A DNA stretch of 31,306 nucleotides from a bacterium (GCA_037439545.1 JBBIVV010000025.1:1-31306); one strand, 5' to 3'; shown: positions 1-9,529, numbered from the stretch's first letter. Notes: generated by a model from the sequence alone, not told the origin. Program-made: numbers and translations.

Positions 1-23
1 AGCACTTTAGCTCACTTGTGTAC

Positions 24-54
24 TTGAAAATATTATTCGTATGCTTTATATAAT
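24..54 (+). promoter_or_regulatory. Putative sigma70-type promoter of the uORF-TBDR operon
   Basis: TTGAAA at 24-29 and a perfect TATAAT at 49-54 (19-bp spacer). The uORF ATG is at 60, about where transcription would start. Confidence 0.55.
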
Positions 55-59
55 GCAAT

Positions 60-368
60 ATGCCTTCTAAAGCTCCCATGATAACTAATGCACGTTTTGT
101 AAGGATATCACTTGTATCTCTTTATTTATCCATAATCATCTTTCTTCCATTCTTGCATGATCATCCCCTGGAACTCGGCAGGCCTGAACCTCCGGATTGT
201 CCCGCGCACTCGTTTATTATAGCAAGCTGCGGTGTCGTAAATTATGTTATTCCAACAGTACTACTGTTCTTTACTTTCATCTATGTACTGCCGGTCAGTT
301 TCATCAGAGTTAAATATACTGTTCTTTCAGCTATCAGAGAAAGAGCACCTCCTTCGTTCGTTTTCTAA
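60..368 (+). CDS. DUF2946/CruR/CutF-like regulatory leader peptide (uORF) with C-terminal RAPP arrest motif
   Basis: 102 aa (alternative start ATG 78). N-terminal hydrophobic segment, HDH...DCPAH candidate metal-ligand cluster, second hydrophobic segment, ends RERAPPSFVF. Lies directly upstream of a TonB-dependent receptor. Confidence 0.8.
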   Translation: MPSKAPMITNARFVRISLVSLYLSIIIFLPFLHDHPLELGRPEPPDCPAHSFIIASCGVVNYVIPTVLLFFTFIYVLPVSFIRVKYTVLSAIRERAPPSFVF

Positions 369-570
369 TATATCCCATATCTCATAACCATTACGGGCCG
401 GCGATGTTCCTCAACGAATACGGTATAGTGTTTTAGGTAATACGCAATTCTGTGCCTGATTCTGAATCCGGTTCTTGTCGTTCTCACAGATCAATATCGT
501 GCATTACATTATTATACCGGAACCGGACACAATGCTCTCCCGTAATAAATAAAACAACGAAAAAGGAGGT
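347..570 (+). promoter_or_regulatory. SD-sequestering RNA structure (translational attenuator) for the TBDR gene
   Basis: ACCTCCTT (347-354) is the exact reverse complement of AAGGAGGT (563-570, receptor SD). Further pairings: 355-358/556-559, 360-364/551-555, 390-397/539-546 and 467-474/520-527. Confidence 0.7.
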
Positions 571-573
571 TTC

Positions 574-2829
574 ATGCAACTTATAAAAGCACTTTTACTG
601 TTTCCGCTTATGAGCGGTTTATGCATGGTTGCTGCAAGAGCAAGCACGATGCCTTCACCAGGCACACTCATCGTGCATGTTTCAATAGGTGATACAGGTA
701 AGCCTTTGTCCGGCGCTCTTATTACCGCATCGGGCATTGTGGCAACAGGCGGCATTACGGTTTCCGGTACCACGAATAAAGACGGTCAGTGTGTAATAGG
801 CGGCATGATACCGGTGAAATACACACTCAAAGTAAATTCAAAGGGCTATGCAGAACGGACAGAGAATATCGATATTATGAGCGGCGAAGTGTCGCTCTAT
901 ACGATAAGCTTATACAACGAGCTTGTTTATAATGTTCATGCAAAGGCATTGATTATAGACACAAAAAGTTCGGCGTCTTCTGCCAAGATCTCTCAGCAGA
1001 CCGTATCAACTCTGGCAGCGAGCAATAACCTGTCAAAGATCCTGTATACCGTTCCCGGTGCCGCACAGGGACCTTTTGGTGAGGTACACTTCCGCGGCGC
1101 GCATACCGAGATAACATACAGGATAGATGGTGTTGATATACCTTCCGCTGTTTCCGGCAGCTTTACCGATATAATGGATCCCCAAGACATACAGAGCATC
1201 GATGTCCTGACGGGCGGCTATCCTGCAGAGTACGGCAACAGCCTCGCAGGTGTAGTAAACATTGTGACTAGGCACAACACAGAGAAGGAAATAGGCTTCA
1301 GCGAAGGCAATTACACCACAAACGACATCAACTTCGATGTAGCGGACAGCAAAGGGGCATTTGATTACCACGTGTCAGGCATCAGCTACCATACGGACCG
1401 GGGAGTTGATACGCCTGTCGTTACCCCCCTGCACGATGAACTGTTCAAAAATGCACTGCTCGGTGACTTCGGCTATGTGGTAGATAACAACGACAAGCTG
1501 ACCTTACTGTTATCGGGCAACATATCAAAATATCAAATCCCTAATACGGACGTGCAGCAGTCTCTGGGCGTCAATGACAACCAGAACGAGTCCAATGATT
1601 TCGAGGTACTGATATGGCACCATGATTTTTCAAACGACTCAAACCTCTCCATGTCACAGTACAGGAGAGGTTCGACACTCAGCGCTGATGGAAGCCCCGC
1701 GGATCTTTACGGTGGGACTGCTACATCTCCTGCTTTTCTGAACAACGTCGTAGAATCATACCTCGACTACGGAACGCAGGCTGACTACACAAACAATACG
1801 ATAAAGTACAACCGTATAAAGGCTGGCATAGGATACAAGTATATGATCAACAACCAGTCATTCTATCTCGAGGAGAATCCATCGTCATATATGCCCTTTT
1901 TTGACGTCCATGTAGACAGGTCGTATGAAGGCAGCGGCTATGTCCAGGATGAATTCCATTTCGCCCCGGTAACGGTGAACGCAGGACTGAGGTATGACTA
2001 TCTCAACCAGTACATTACCACGAACCAACTCAGCCCGCGTATCGGCATAGCATTGGAGCTTTTCAGGACAAATACCATCCACGGCTACTATGGGAGGTTT
2101 TTCCAGCCCGCGCCGTTTGAGAATATCCACGTCAACTCGATACCCATGTTTGCAAACCAGAACATGAGCATACCTCTGAAGCCCGAACAGGACCACTACT
2201 TCGAGGTTGGAGACCAGCAGAAGATAGGTAATTATCTGCTGGCAAAACTAACATGGTACTACAAATTAATGACCAATGTCATAGACTATAACCAACTGCT
2301 CAATTCCAACATCTATGTGCCGTACAACATCGAGGCAGGATACACGAGAGGCATAGAATTCAGTCTGAAATCGAGAGAGGTATCCGGACTGTCGGGTGAA
2401 TTTAACATGGCGTGGGAAAAATCGCAGGGGAAGGGCGCTATCACAGGCGGATTGTTCACCGTCGCTCCGGTACCGCCCGGGTATTTCTATTTTGATCACG
2501 ATCAGACGTATACGTCTTCGGCACTGCTCAATTACCGGTATAACCGGTTCTGGAGCATGCTGGATCTGGAATACGGAAGCGGTCTTCCGTATGGAGACAA
2601 TACCGTAACAGGTGAGATGAACTATCTCAAAGTACCTCCGCATACTATTGCCGATCTGTATCTGGGGTATAATTTCAGCAGGAGATTTTATCTCGGCAAG
2701 TCAGCCCTGGTAATCGATATCGGCAATATTCTGAACACATCGTACCTGATAAACCAGCAGAACGGATTTAACAATACGCACTGGGGCAGTCCCCGTACTA
2801 TAACGGTCCTGTTTAAAAAATATTTCTGA
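574..2829 (+). CDS. TonB-dependent outer-membrane receptor with N-terminal carboxypeptidase-regulatory-like domain
   Basis: Signal peptide; plug motifs (RG...IDG, IDVLTGGYPAEYG, GVVNIVT); barrel motifs (AGLRYD, SPRIG, LKPE, NILN); terminal Phe; strong SD; followed by exbB/exbD/tonB. Confidence 0.93.
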   Translation: MQLIKALLLFPLMSGLCMVAARASTMPSPGTLIVHVSIGDTGKPLSGALITASGIVATGGITVSGTTNKDGQCVIGGMIPVKYTLKVNSKGYAERTENIDIMSGEVSLYTISLYNELVYNVHAKALIIDTKSSASSAKISQQTVSTLAASNNLSKILYTVPGAAQGPFGEVHFRGAHTEITYRIDGVDIPSAVSGSFTDIMDPQDIQSIDVLTGGYPAEYGNSLAGVVNIVTRHNTEKEIGFSEGNYTTNDINFDVADSKGAFDYHVSGISYHTDRGVDTPVVTPLHDELFKNALLGDFGYVVDNNDKLTLLLSGNISKYQIPNTDVQQSLGVNDNQNESNDFEVLIWHHDFSNDSNLSMSQYRRGSTLSADGSPADLYGGTATSPAFLNNVVESYLDYGTQADYTNNTIKYNRIKAGIGYKYMINNQSFYLEENPSSYMPFFDVHVDRSYEGSGYVQDEFHFAPVTVNAGLRYDYLNQYITTNQLSPRIGIALELFRTNTIHGYYGRFFQPAPFENIHVNSIPMFANQNMSIPLKPEQDHYFEVGDQQKIGNYLLAKLTWYYKLMTNVIDYNQLLNSNIYVPYNIEAGYTRGIEFSLKSREVSGLSGEFNMAWEKSQGKGAITGGLFTVAPVPPGYFYFDHDQTYTSSALLNYRYNRFWSMLDLEYGSGLPYGDNTVTGEMNYLKVPPHTIADLYLGYNFSRRFYLGKSALVIDIGNILNTSYLINQQNGFNNTHWGSPRTITVLFKKYF

Positions 2830-2837
2830 GGTGAACA

Positions 2838-3464
2838 ATGCAAAACATAGCTCAAGCGATAAGTTTTATAATGAAAGGCGGGGTAATGATGTACCCCCTT
2901 TTGCTCCTATCGGTAGTTTCGATGTCGTTGATCATAGAGCGACTGATATTCTTCGGCAACATAAAGGACCCGGGTATCGGACTGCTCCATAAGATAAAAC
3001 AACTGGTGGATGCCGGAAAAACAGAGGACATGAGGACATTACTGTCGACCCAGAAGACGCCGGTTGCGGACGTGCTCACGGTCGGTGTCGACCATATCGA
3101 TGCAGATATGAGCGATATGGACATTGCCATGGAGCACTATGCATTGAGTATTATTCCGAAGCTCGAAAGCAAGCTTTGGGTACTCGACACCATCATCACC
3201 ATGGCGCCCCTGCTCGGACTGCTCGGTACCATTATCGGTATGATCAACGCGTTCCAGATATTCTCCAATAAAGGCCTGAACCAGCCTACCGCTATATCCG
3301 GAGGTGTAGGCGAGGCGCTCATAGCGACCGCGACCGGACTTATCGTGGCAGTCCTTACACTCCTGTTTTACAACTACTTCAACACAAGGGTAAGGCGCAT
3401 AACGAAGGACATGGAGTTTGCCGCAAACGAGTTTATAAAGTTCGTGAAGCAGGGACGGAAATGA
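2838..3464 (+). CDS. exbB: MotA/TolQ/ExbB proton channel protein
   Basis: APLLGLLGTIIGMI and GEALIATATGL signature helices; operon context. Confidence 0.92.
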   Translation: MQNIAQAISFIMKGGVMMYPLLLLSVVSMSLIIERLIFFGNIKDPGIGLLHKIKQLVDAGKTEDMRTLLSTQKTPVADVLTVGVDHIDADMSDMDIAMEHYALSIIPKLESKLWVLDTIITMAPLLGLLGTIIGMINAFQIFSNKGLNQPTAISGGVGEALIATATGLIVAVLTLLFYNYFNTRVRRITKDMEFAANEFIKFVKQGRK

Positions 3465-3865
3465 AGCTAAGGCAATTGGAACAGCCTAAGAAGGCACGGA
3501 TAGAGGTCATAAACATGATCGACGTGATATTCTTTCTGCTTGTCTTTTTTATGGTAACATCGGCCTCCATTATAGCCATGAAGGGCATGAAAGTGAATTT
3601 GCCGCAGGCATCCACGGTCAGGGCTACGGATACCAAATTTACAACCATCACCATAACAAAAGATCAAAAACTCTTTATCGACGGCAAGGATACCGATACG
3701 GAAAGACTTTATGGACAGCTTTCGGACGAGCTGGCAAAGGACCCCGATAAAGTGGTCGTGATCAACGCGGACAAGGATTCAAACTATGGCTATGTCGTCA
3801 ACATAATGGACATATCCAGGAAGGCTGGTGCGACAAAATTCGCCATCGCAGCGGTAACGAAATAA
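3461..3865 (+). CDS. exbD: Biopolymer transporter ExbD
   Basis: INMIDVIFFLLVFFMV transmembrane helix with the conserved Asp, VNLP and NADK motifs; 4-nt overlap with exbB. Confidence 0.92.
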   Translation: MKLRQLEQPKKARIEVINMIDVIFFLLVFFMVTSASIIAMKGMKVNLPQASTVRATDTKFTTITITKDQKLFIDGKDTDTERLYGQLSDELAKDPDKVVVINADKDSNYGYVVNIMDISRKAGATKFAIAAVTK

Positions 3866-3868
3866 TCT

Positions 3869-4495
3869 ATGGAAGCAGAACAGCGGGAAAATTTTTTAAT
3901 TGCCGGGATTATAATTGCGGTAATGTTCCATCTTGTGGTGTTTTATTTCATAGGGTGGTCAAACCTGTTCAAAAGGCAACAACCGGAAAAAATCTTGATG
4001 CCTATAACAATGCTGTTTAAGTCTCCGGTTGAGATGAACAAGCCTGAAATGCATGTTCGTGTGAAGCAGGTTGTCCACATACCATCACATCGTGTAAAAC
4101 AATCTTTCAATACAGGGCATAATAAATTCCTGTCCAGTGTTGCCAAAACAAATACAAGTGCCGGGTTTTCAGTACCACATGGAGGAAATATAACACCGGG
4201 TACGGTCTTGTCCGGACAGTCTAATAGTTCATTGCCCCCTCTTCCGGTCTTCAACCCTATGCCTGTTATACCCACTGACCTCAGGGCACAAAGATACAAT
4301 ACATCAGTACGGGTTGAATTTATTGTAAATAAAGACGCAACATTTAGAATTAAGCTCCTTTCATCGACAGGCTACGATGAACTGGACAGAAAGGTAATAA
4401 GCACGCTGAAAAAATGGAAGTTCTCCCCTGCAACAATAAACGGCCGACCCGCGAAAGGCACCCTCAAACTCCGCATACAGTTTTCGGTAAATTAG
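3869..4495 (+). CDS. tonB: Energy transducer TonB
   Basis: N-terminal TM with His (AVMFH), linker, TonB C-terminal domain (SSTGYDELDR...WKFSPA). Confidence 0.88.
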   Translation: MEAEQRENFLIAGIIIAVMFHLVVFYFIGWSNLFKRQQPEKILMPITMLFKSPVEMNKPEMHVRVKQVVHIPSHRVKQSFNTGHNKFLSSVAKTNTSAGFSVPHGGNITPGTVLSGQSNSSLPPLPVFNPMPVIPTDLRAQRYNTSVRVEFIVNKDATFRIKLLSSTGYDELDRKVISTLKKWKFSPATINGRPAKGTLKLRIQFSVN

Positions 4496-4578
4496 TTCTG
4501 AAAATGTATCTGCACCGTAGTTTACAGAGGAAGACTGCCGCTCGGTTCTCCCTGCATGTTGACCCGCCCCGAGACTAT

Positions 4579-4607
4579 TTGAAAAACTGTATTCAGTGTG
4601 TTAATTT
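4579..4607 (+). promoter_or_regulatory. Putative promoter for xerC-hslVU-argB
   Basis: TTGAAA (4579-4584), 17-bp spacer, extended -10 TGnTAATTT (4599-4607). The xerC ATG follows at 4617 with no SD. Confidence 0.45.
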
Positions 4608-4616
4608 TAATCCGTA

Positions 4617-5513
4617 ATGGAACATACTTTTGAGGCATTTAAAACCTATCTCAGTATAGAGAAGGGTGCATCAAACAATACCATAGATGCCTACCTTTCG
4701 GACTTAGGACAATTTACAGCATTTTTAAAAAGCCTTGATCCTCGGAAGTCCATCGAGTCCGCCGGTATCCTTGAATTGAGGGGGTTCTCAGCCTCGCTTT
4801 TAAAAACCGAAAAAAAGAGCTCCGTGGGAAGAAAGCTTGCTGCATTAAAAACCTTCTATAAGTTTTTACTCAGGGAGCATGTGGTCGAGATGAATCCCGC
4901 AGAACTGATATCCATACCGAAGAAGGACCAGATGCTGCCGGGGTTCCTCAATATCGACGAGATATTCGGTTTGCTCGAATTGCCGGATAAAACAAAGGTG
5001 TTCGGTTTAAGGGACAGGGCCATACTTGAATTGTTTTATGCAAGCGGGCTGCGTGTCTCGGAACTCGTGGGACTGGATATTGAAAATATCGATATTAATA
5101 TAAGGTATGTAAGAGTCACAGGAAAAGGAAGGAAAGAACGCATAGTGCCTGTCAACGACAAGGCTTTACAGGTCATTAAAAATTATCTCGAAATGAGGAA
5201 GAGCGCTTTCAAAAACACCGGCGGGCAGGCGCTTTTTATAAATAAGTACGGGAAGAGGTTAACCAGAAGGGCAGTCGGATTGATTGTGAAGAAATATATG
5301 ATAAAGTCAGGCATAAACAAACATATAAGTCCTCACTCTTTACGGCATACGTTTGCAACACACCTGCTCGATGCCGGTGCTGACCTCAGGTTGATCCAGG
5401 AGTTTCTTGGACATTCCAGTATATCGACCACTCAGATTTACACGCATACAAGTATGGATAAATTGATGAAGGTTTATGACGATGCGCACCCGCGGGCGCA
5501 CAAGGGGAAGTAG
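4617..5513 (+). CDS. xerC: Tyrosine recombinase XerC
   Basis: GLRVSEL, GKGRKER, HSLRHTFATHL and LGHSSISTTQIYT catalytic motifs; ~300 aa; conserved position upstream of hslVU. Confidence 0.88.
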   Translation: MEHTFEAFKTYLSIEKGASNNTIDAYLSDLGQFTAFLKSLDPRKSIESAGILELRGFSASLLKTEKKSSVGRKLAALKTFYKFLLREHVVEMNPAELISIPKKDQMLPGFLNIDEIFGLLELPDKTKVFGLRDRAILELFYASGLRVSELVGLDIENIDINIRYVRVTGKGRKERIVPVNDKALQVIKNYLEMRKSAFKNTGGQALFINKYGKRLTRRAVGLIVKKYMIKSGINKHISPHSLRHTFATHLLDAGADLRLIQEFLGHSSISTTQIYTHTSMDKLMKVYDDAHPRAHKGK

Positions 5514-5585
5514 CAGGGAATGAGCAGCGCGGCGTGAGGACAGGAAAAAGAACAAGAAAACAGAAGGGAAATACAAGGAGATGAT

Positions 5586-6113
5586 ATGTTTGAAGGAACT
5601 ACAATAATAGCAGTCAGGCACAACGGCAAGGTTGTCATGGCTGGAGACGGACAGGTAACAATCGGCGACACTATCATGAAGCATACGGCAAAAAAGGTCA
5701 GGAGGCTTTATAATGATACCGTGCTGGTAGGCTTTGCGGGCTCTACTGCCGATGCCTTTACGCTCTTCGGCAGGTTTGAGGCGAAATTGGAAGAATTCAG
5801 AGGCAACCTTATGAAAGCAGCGGTTCAGCTTGCCAAGGACTGGAGGACGGATAAGATCCTGCGCAGGTTGGAAGCACTTCTTATTGCAGCTGATAAATCA
5901 GCATCATTGCTGTTGTCAGGCAACGGAGATGTAATAGAGCCGGACGACAATATTATTGCAATAGGCTCGGGAGGAACGTATGCTCTTGCAGCGGCGAGGG
6001 CGCTGATAAAATATTCCAATCTCGATGCAAAAGCGATAGCCGAGAATTCGATGAAGATTGCTTCGGATATCTGTATTTACACAAACAGCACTATTACGGT
6101 AGAGGAACTATAA
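5586..6113 (+). CDS. hslV: ATP-dependent protease subunit HslV
   Basis: N-terminal TT nucleophile, [16 protein letters not shown] and AIGSGG motifs. Confidence 0.97.
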   Translation: MFEGTTIIAVRHNGKVVMAGDGQVTIGDTIMKHTAKKVRRLYNDTVLVGFAGSTADAFTLFGRFEAKLEEFRGNLMKAAVQLAKDWRTDKILRRLEALLIAADKSASLLLSGNGDVIEPDDNIIAIGSGGTYALAAARALIKYSNLDAKAIAENSMKIASDICIYTNSTITVEEL

Positions 6114-6127
6114 AGAGGTAAAGTAAA

Positions 6128-7546
6128 ATGAGAAAGACGAGAAATGCTGTCAGCAAGCTTGACAGACCGGAACAAATTGAGCCAAGCGATGCACTCCTGC
6201 CTGTTGCTATAGTCCAGGAACTGAACAGATACATCGTTGGCCAGAAAGATGCCAAAAAGATGGTTGCTATAGCCTTAAGGAACAGGTGGCGCAGACAGCA
6301 TGTGCCTGCTGAGATAAGGGATGAAATAGCACCCAAGAATATTATCATGATAGGTCCGACAGGTATCGGCAAGACGGAGATCGCAAGAAGGCTCGCCAAG
6401 CTTGCGCAGGCTCCTTTTATAAAAGTCGAGGCTTCAAAGTATACGGAGGTCGGCTATGTCGGAAGGGACGTGGAGTCCATCGTAAGGGACATTGTGGAGA
6501 TATCCGTTAAAATGGTCAGAGAGGAGGAGGAAGACAAGCTCCTGCCGAAGGCTGAAGAACTTACGGAGGAAAGGCTTCTTGATCTGCTGCTCCCGATAAA
6601 GAAAAAGCCGGTGAATAACAAACCGCAGGAAGGCGAGCAGAAGGTGCTTGAGGTCGTTGAAGATACGAAGAGCACACGGGAAAAATTCAGGGTAATGCTC
6701 AGGGAGGGCAAATTCGACAACAGGTATGTCGAGATGGACATACAATATATGCCCATGCCGGTCATTGAAGTCTTTTCGGGGATGGGAAGCGATGAAATGG
6801 AATTCAATCTCAGAGAGATGTTTGAGACCATGATGCCGAAGAAAACGAAGAAAAAAAAGATAGACATAAACGAGGCAAGGGAACTTATCATGCAGCAGGA
6901 ACTTGAAAAGCTTATCGATATGGACAAGGTTGTGAGAACAGCGATAAAAAAGGTCGAGGAATCGGGTATTGTATTCGTGGATGAGATAGACAAGATAGCA
7001 AGCAAGGATTCAGGCTATGGCCCGGATGTATCGAGAGAAGGTGTACAGAGGGACCTGCTTCCCTTGATAGAAGGCACGACTGTTATGACAAAGTACGGAA
7101 TGGTCAGGACCGACCACATGCTTTTTATAGCAGCGGGCGCTTTTCATGTAAGCAAGCCTTCCGATCTCATTCCGGAACTTCAGGGCAGGTTTCCCATAAG
7201 GGTCGAGCTTGAACCGCTCACGAAGGAGGATTTTGTGCGGATACTTACGGAGCCCGACAATGCCTTGACAAAACAGTATGTCGAGCTATTAAAAACAGAG
7301 AAAGTGGAACTTGTTTTTACGAAGGATGCGATAGAAAAACTGGCAGAAATAGCAAGCATAAGCAATGAGAGACTTGAAAATATCGGTGCAAGGAGGCTGC
7401 ACACCGTCATGGAAAGGCTGCTCGAGGACATATCGTTCGATACGTCAAAATATAGAGGCGATAAGATTACGATAGATGAAAAGTATGTCGGTGAAAAACT
7501 GAATCCGATCCTGAAGAACGAAGACCTGAGCAAGTATATATTATAA
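6128..7546 (+). CDS. hslU: ATP-dependent protease ATPase subunit HslU
   Basis: ALRNRWRR, Walker [23 protein letters not shown] and ENIGARRL motifs. Confidence 0.97.
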   Translation: MRKTRNAVSKLDRPEQIEPSDALLPVAIVQELNRYIVGQKDAKKMVAIALRNRWRRQHVPAEIRDEIAPKNIIMIGPTGIGKTEIARRLAKLAQAPFIKVEASKYTEVGYVGRDVESIVRDIVEISVKMVREEEEDKLLPKAEELTEERLLDLLLPIKKKPVNNKPQEGEQKVLEVVEDTKSTREKFRVMLREGKFDNRYVEMDIQYMPMPVIEVFSGMGSDEMEFNLREMFETMMPKKTKKKKIDINEARELIMQQELEKLIDMDKVVRTAIKKVEESGIVFVDEIDKIASKDSGYGPDVSREGVQRDLLPLIEGTTVMTKYGMVRTDHMLFIAAGAFHVSKPSDLIPELQGRFPIRVELEPLTKEDFVRILTEPDNALTKQYVELLKTEKVELVFTKDAIEKLAEIASISNERLENIGARRLHTVMERLLEDISFDTSKYRGDKITIDEKYVGEKLNPILKNEDLSKYIL

Positions 7547-7548
7547 AA

Positions 7549-8418
7549 ATGGAAAAGTTCATTCAAAAGGCAGCGGTTCTCATAGAGGCTTTACCGTATA
7601 TAAAACAGTTTTACGGAAAAACGTTTGTGTTTAAATTCGGCGGGCATGCGATGCTCGATGAGCAGTTGAAAGAGAATTTTGCCCGCGACATTATACTGCT
7701 CTGGTATGTAGGTCTGAAGCCGGTCATAGTGCACGGCGGAGGACCGCAGATAGATGACCTGTTGAAACAGCTCGGGAAGGAAAGCAGGTTCGTCAACGGC
7801 CTCCGTGTCACGGACAGCAAGACGATGGATGTCGTGGAAATGGTGCTCGTCGGCAAGATCAATAAAGATATAGTCGGCTTGATCAATCATCACGGCGGCA
7901 AGGCTGTCGGCATAAGCGGCAAAGACGGCAAGCTTATGACCGCTAAAAAGATAGAAATGCAGAAAGGCGATGGCACCGGGCCTGATGTGGACATGGGCAG
8001 GACTGGTGATATCGTGAACACGGATGCCAAGCTCATAAGAACACTTGAACTGAACCATTTTATACCTGTTATAGCTCCTGTTGCAGTGGGTGACGACGGA
8101 CAGGCATTCAATGTGAACGCGGATATCGCTGCTGCAAAAATAGCCTCGTCTTTAAAAGCGGAAAAGCTCATTCTGCTCACGGACGTAGACGGGGTCCTGG
8201 ACAGCAACGGCAAACTATTGTCGGAGATAAAATCGAATGATGTCGATAAACTTATACGTTCCGGCGTGATCACAGGCGGCATGATACCAAAGGTGACCTA
8301 TGCTCTTGAAGCAATAACCCACGGTGTGAAGAAATGCCATATTATCGATGGACGAATCCCTCATGCAGTACTGCTCGAGATCTTTACGCCGGAAGGCGTG
8401 GGGACAGAGATAACGTAG
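7549..8418 (+). CDS. argB: Acetylglutamate kinase
   Basis: EALPYI, KFGG, VHGGGPQI, GLRVTD, NVNAD and GGMIPK motifs. Confidence 0.96.
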   Translation: MEKFIQKAAVLIEALPYIKQFYGKTFVFKFGGHAMLDEQLKENFARDIILLWYVGLKPVIVHGGGPQIDDLLKQLGKESRFVNGLRVTDSKTMDVVEMVLVGKINKDIVGLINHHGGKAVGISGKDGKLMTAKKIEMQKGDGTGPDVDMGRTGDIVNTDAKLIRTLELNHFIPVIAPVAVGDDGQAFNVNADIAAAKIASSLKAEKLILLTDVDGVLDSNGKLLSEIKSNDVDKLIRSGVITGGMIPKVTYALEAITHGVKKCHIIDGRIPHAVLLEIFTPEGVGTEIT

Positions 8419-8446
8419 TCCGGAAACAGTTATTCCATTCTCCCGT

Positions 8447-9529
8447 TCAATTGTTGAACGGTTCTTCGCGCCAGTATAAAAGAGAGAATACGTGGCTTGA
8501 CCTGTTCCTGTAATATACCGTCCTGATTATATAAACTACGCCGTTTTCAATAATACCGATGCCGTCCACTGAAAAATAATCGCTTTTCACATCAATGTAC
8601 CCATTTACGGCCTGGACCTGCGAATTATTAAGATCGACGCCGACCTTTGCAAGCTCTCCGGTAAATTCCCCTATCGACATAAACGGCTTCTGCTCTCTTG
8701 CCGATACGATATCCTGCAACTGCGAATCATCCAGGCTATACATGGCTTGCAACAATACGGGCGCCGCAGTATTGACATTGATCTTGAACGGTGAATCCGG
8801 GTTATAGTATTTCGGGAATACCGTAAAAATAGGGCTGTCCATGGCATCGGGTGCGGGTATCTGTCCGGGCTGACCTGTTATACCCATAAGAACATTGAAG
8901 GCTTTGCTATCGATACCCTTTATCATTTTTAATTCTGTGATTGAATCAAGAGGCGCATCCTTGGCCATGTATGGAGGATCGAGGCTTTCATAATAATCAC
9001 TCTCAGCACCGTTCGCCCTGGGCAATTCATCCGAATCTATCCAGTCCTCTATGGCGTCTACAATGGATGGATCAAGCTTCAACTGTTGAAAGAGCCTCCT
9101 GCATATGCCGTCAAGGGTCTGGTTTGCCGTTATCGTGTCAGAACCGATGAGTGCATTGAGATCGAACTTACCCGCTTCATCGCTAATCATGCCGCGCATA
9201 ATGCCAATGTTCTGATCTTTTATCGTTACGGGCAAAGGGAAATTGGATATCTGCGACCATAACTGCGCATCTTTGTTCAGTTCGCCGACAACAGGGTAAT
9301 CCGCACCAGGACTTGTGCTCATGTCGGTCAGCAATAGACTCTTTTGTATTTCCAATGCAGCGATTGCAATGCGCCTTGTCTGAAGACTGTCCCGCATGCG
9401 GGATGTTATGTCGACATTTACCCTCGTCGTGTATGCAAATTCGACTACCACGGCAGCAAGGATTGCCACGATGAGCAGCACAAGGATCAATGCCTGTCCG
9501 TTCTCGCTGTTCTCCTTCTTCGGTTTCAT
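8447..9529 (-). CDS. gspK: Type II secretion minor pseudopilin GspK
   Basis: G|xALILVLL N-terminus lacking Glu5; DWIDSD, GAESDYY, INVNTA and DVKSDYF motifs. Confidence 0.92.
   Translation of the reverse strand: MKPKKENSENGQALILVLLIVAILAAVVVEFAYTTRVNVDITSRMRDSLQTRRIAIAALEIQKSLLLTDMSTSPGADYPVVGELNKDAQLWSQISNFPLPVTIKDQNIGIMRGMISDEAGKFDLNALIGSDTITANQTLDGICRRLFQQLKLDPSIVDAIEDWIDSDELPRANGAESDYYESLDPPYMAKDAPLDSITELKMIKGIDSKAFNVLMGITGQPGQIPAPDAMDSPIFTVFPKYYNPDSPFKINVNTAAPVLLQAMYSLDDSQLQDIVSAREQKPFMSIGEFTGELAKVGVDLNNSQVQAVNGYIDVKSDYFSVDGIGIIENGVVYIIRTVYYRNRSSHVFSLLYWREEPFNN

Noticed and set aside
369..573. Cobalamin or other known riboswitch upstream of the TBDR
   Set aside because: No B12-box or other recognisable aptamer consensus; uORF-coupled SD sequestration explains the structure better.
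4617..5513. Tyrosine recombinase as integrase of a genomic island carrying the TBDR cassette
   Set aside because: Size, motifs and xerC-hslV-hslU context indicate housekeeping XerC; no att repeats, tRNA or other mobility genes seen.
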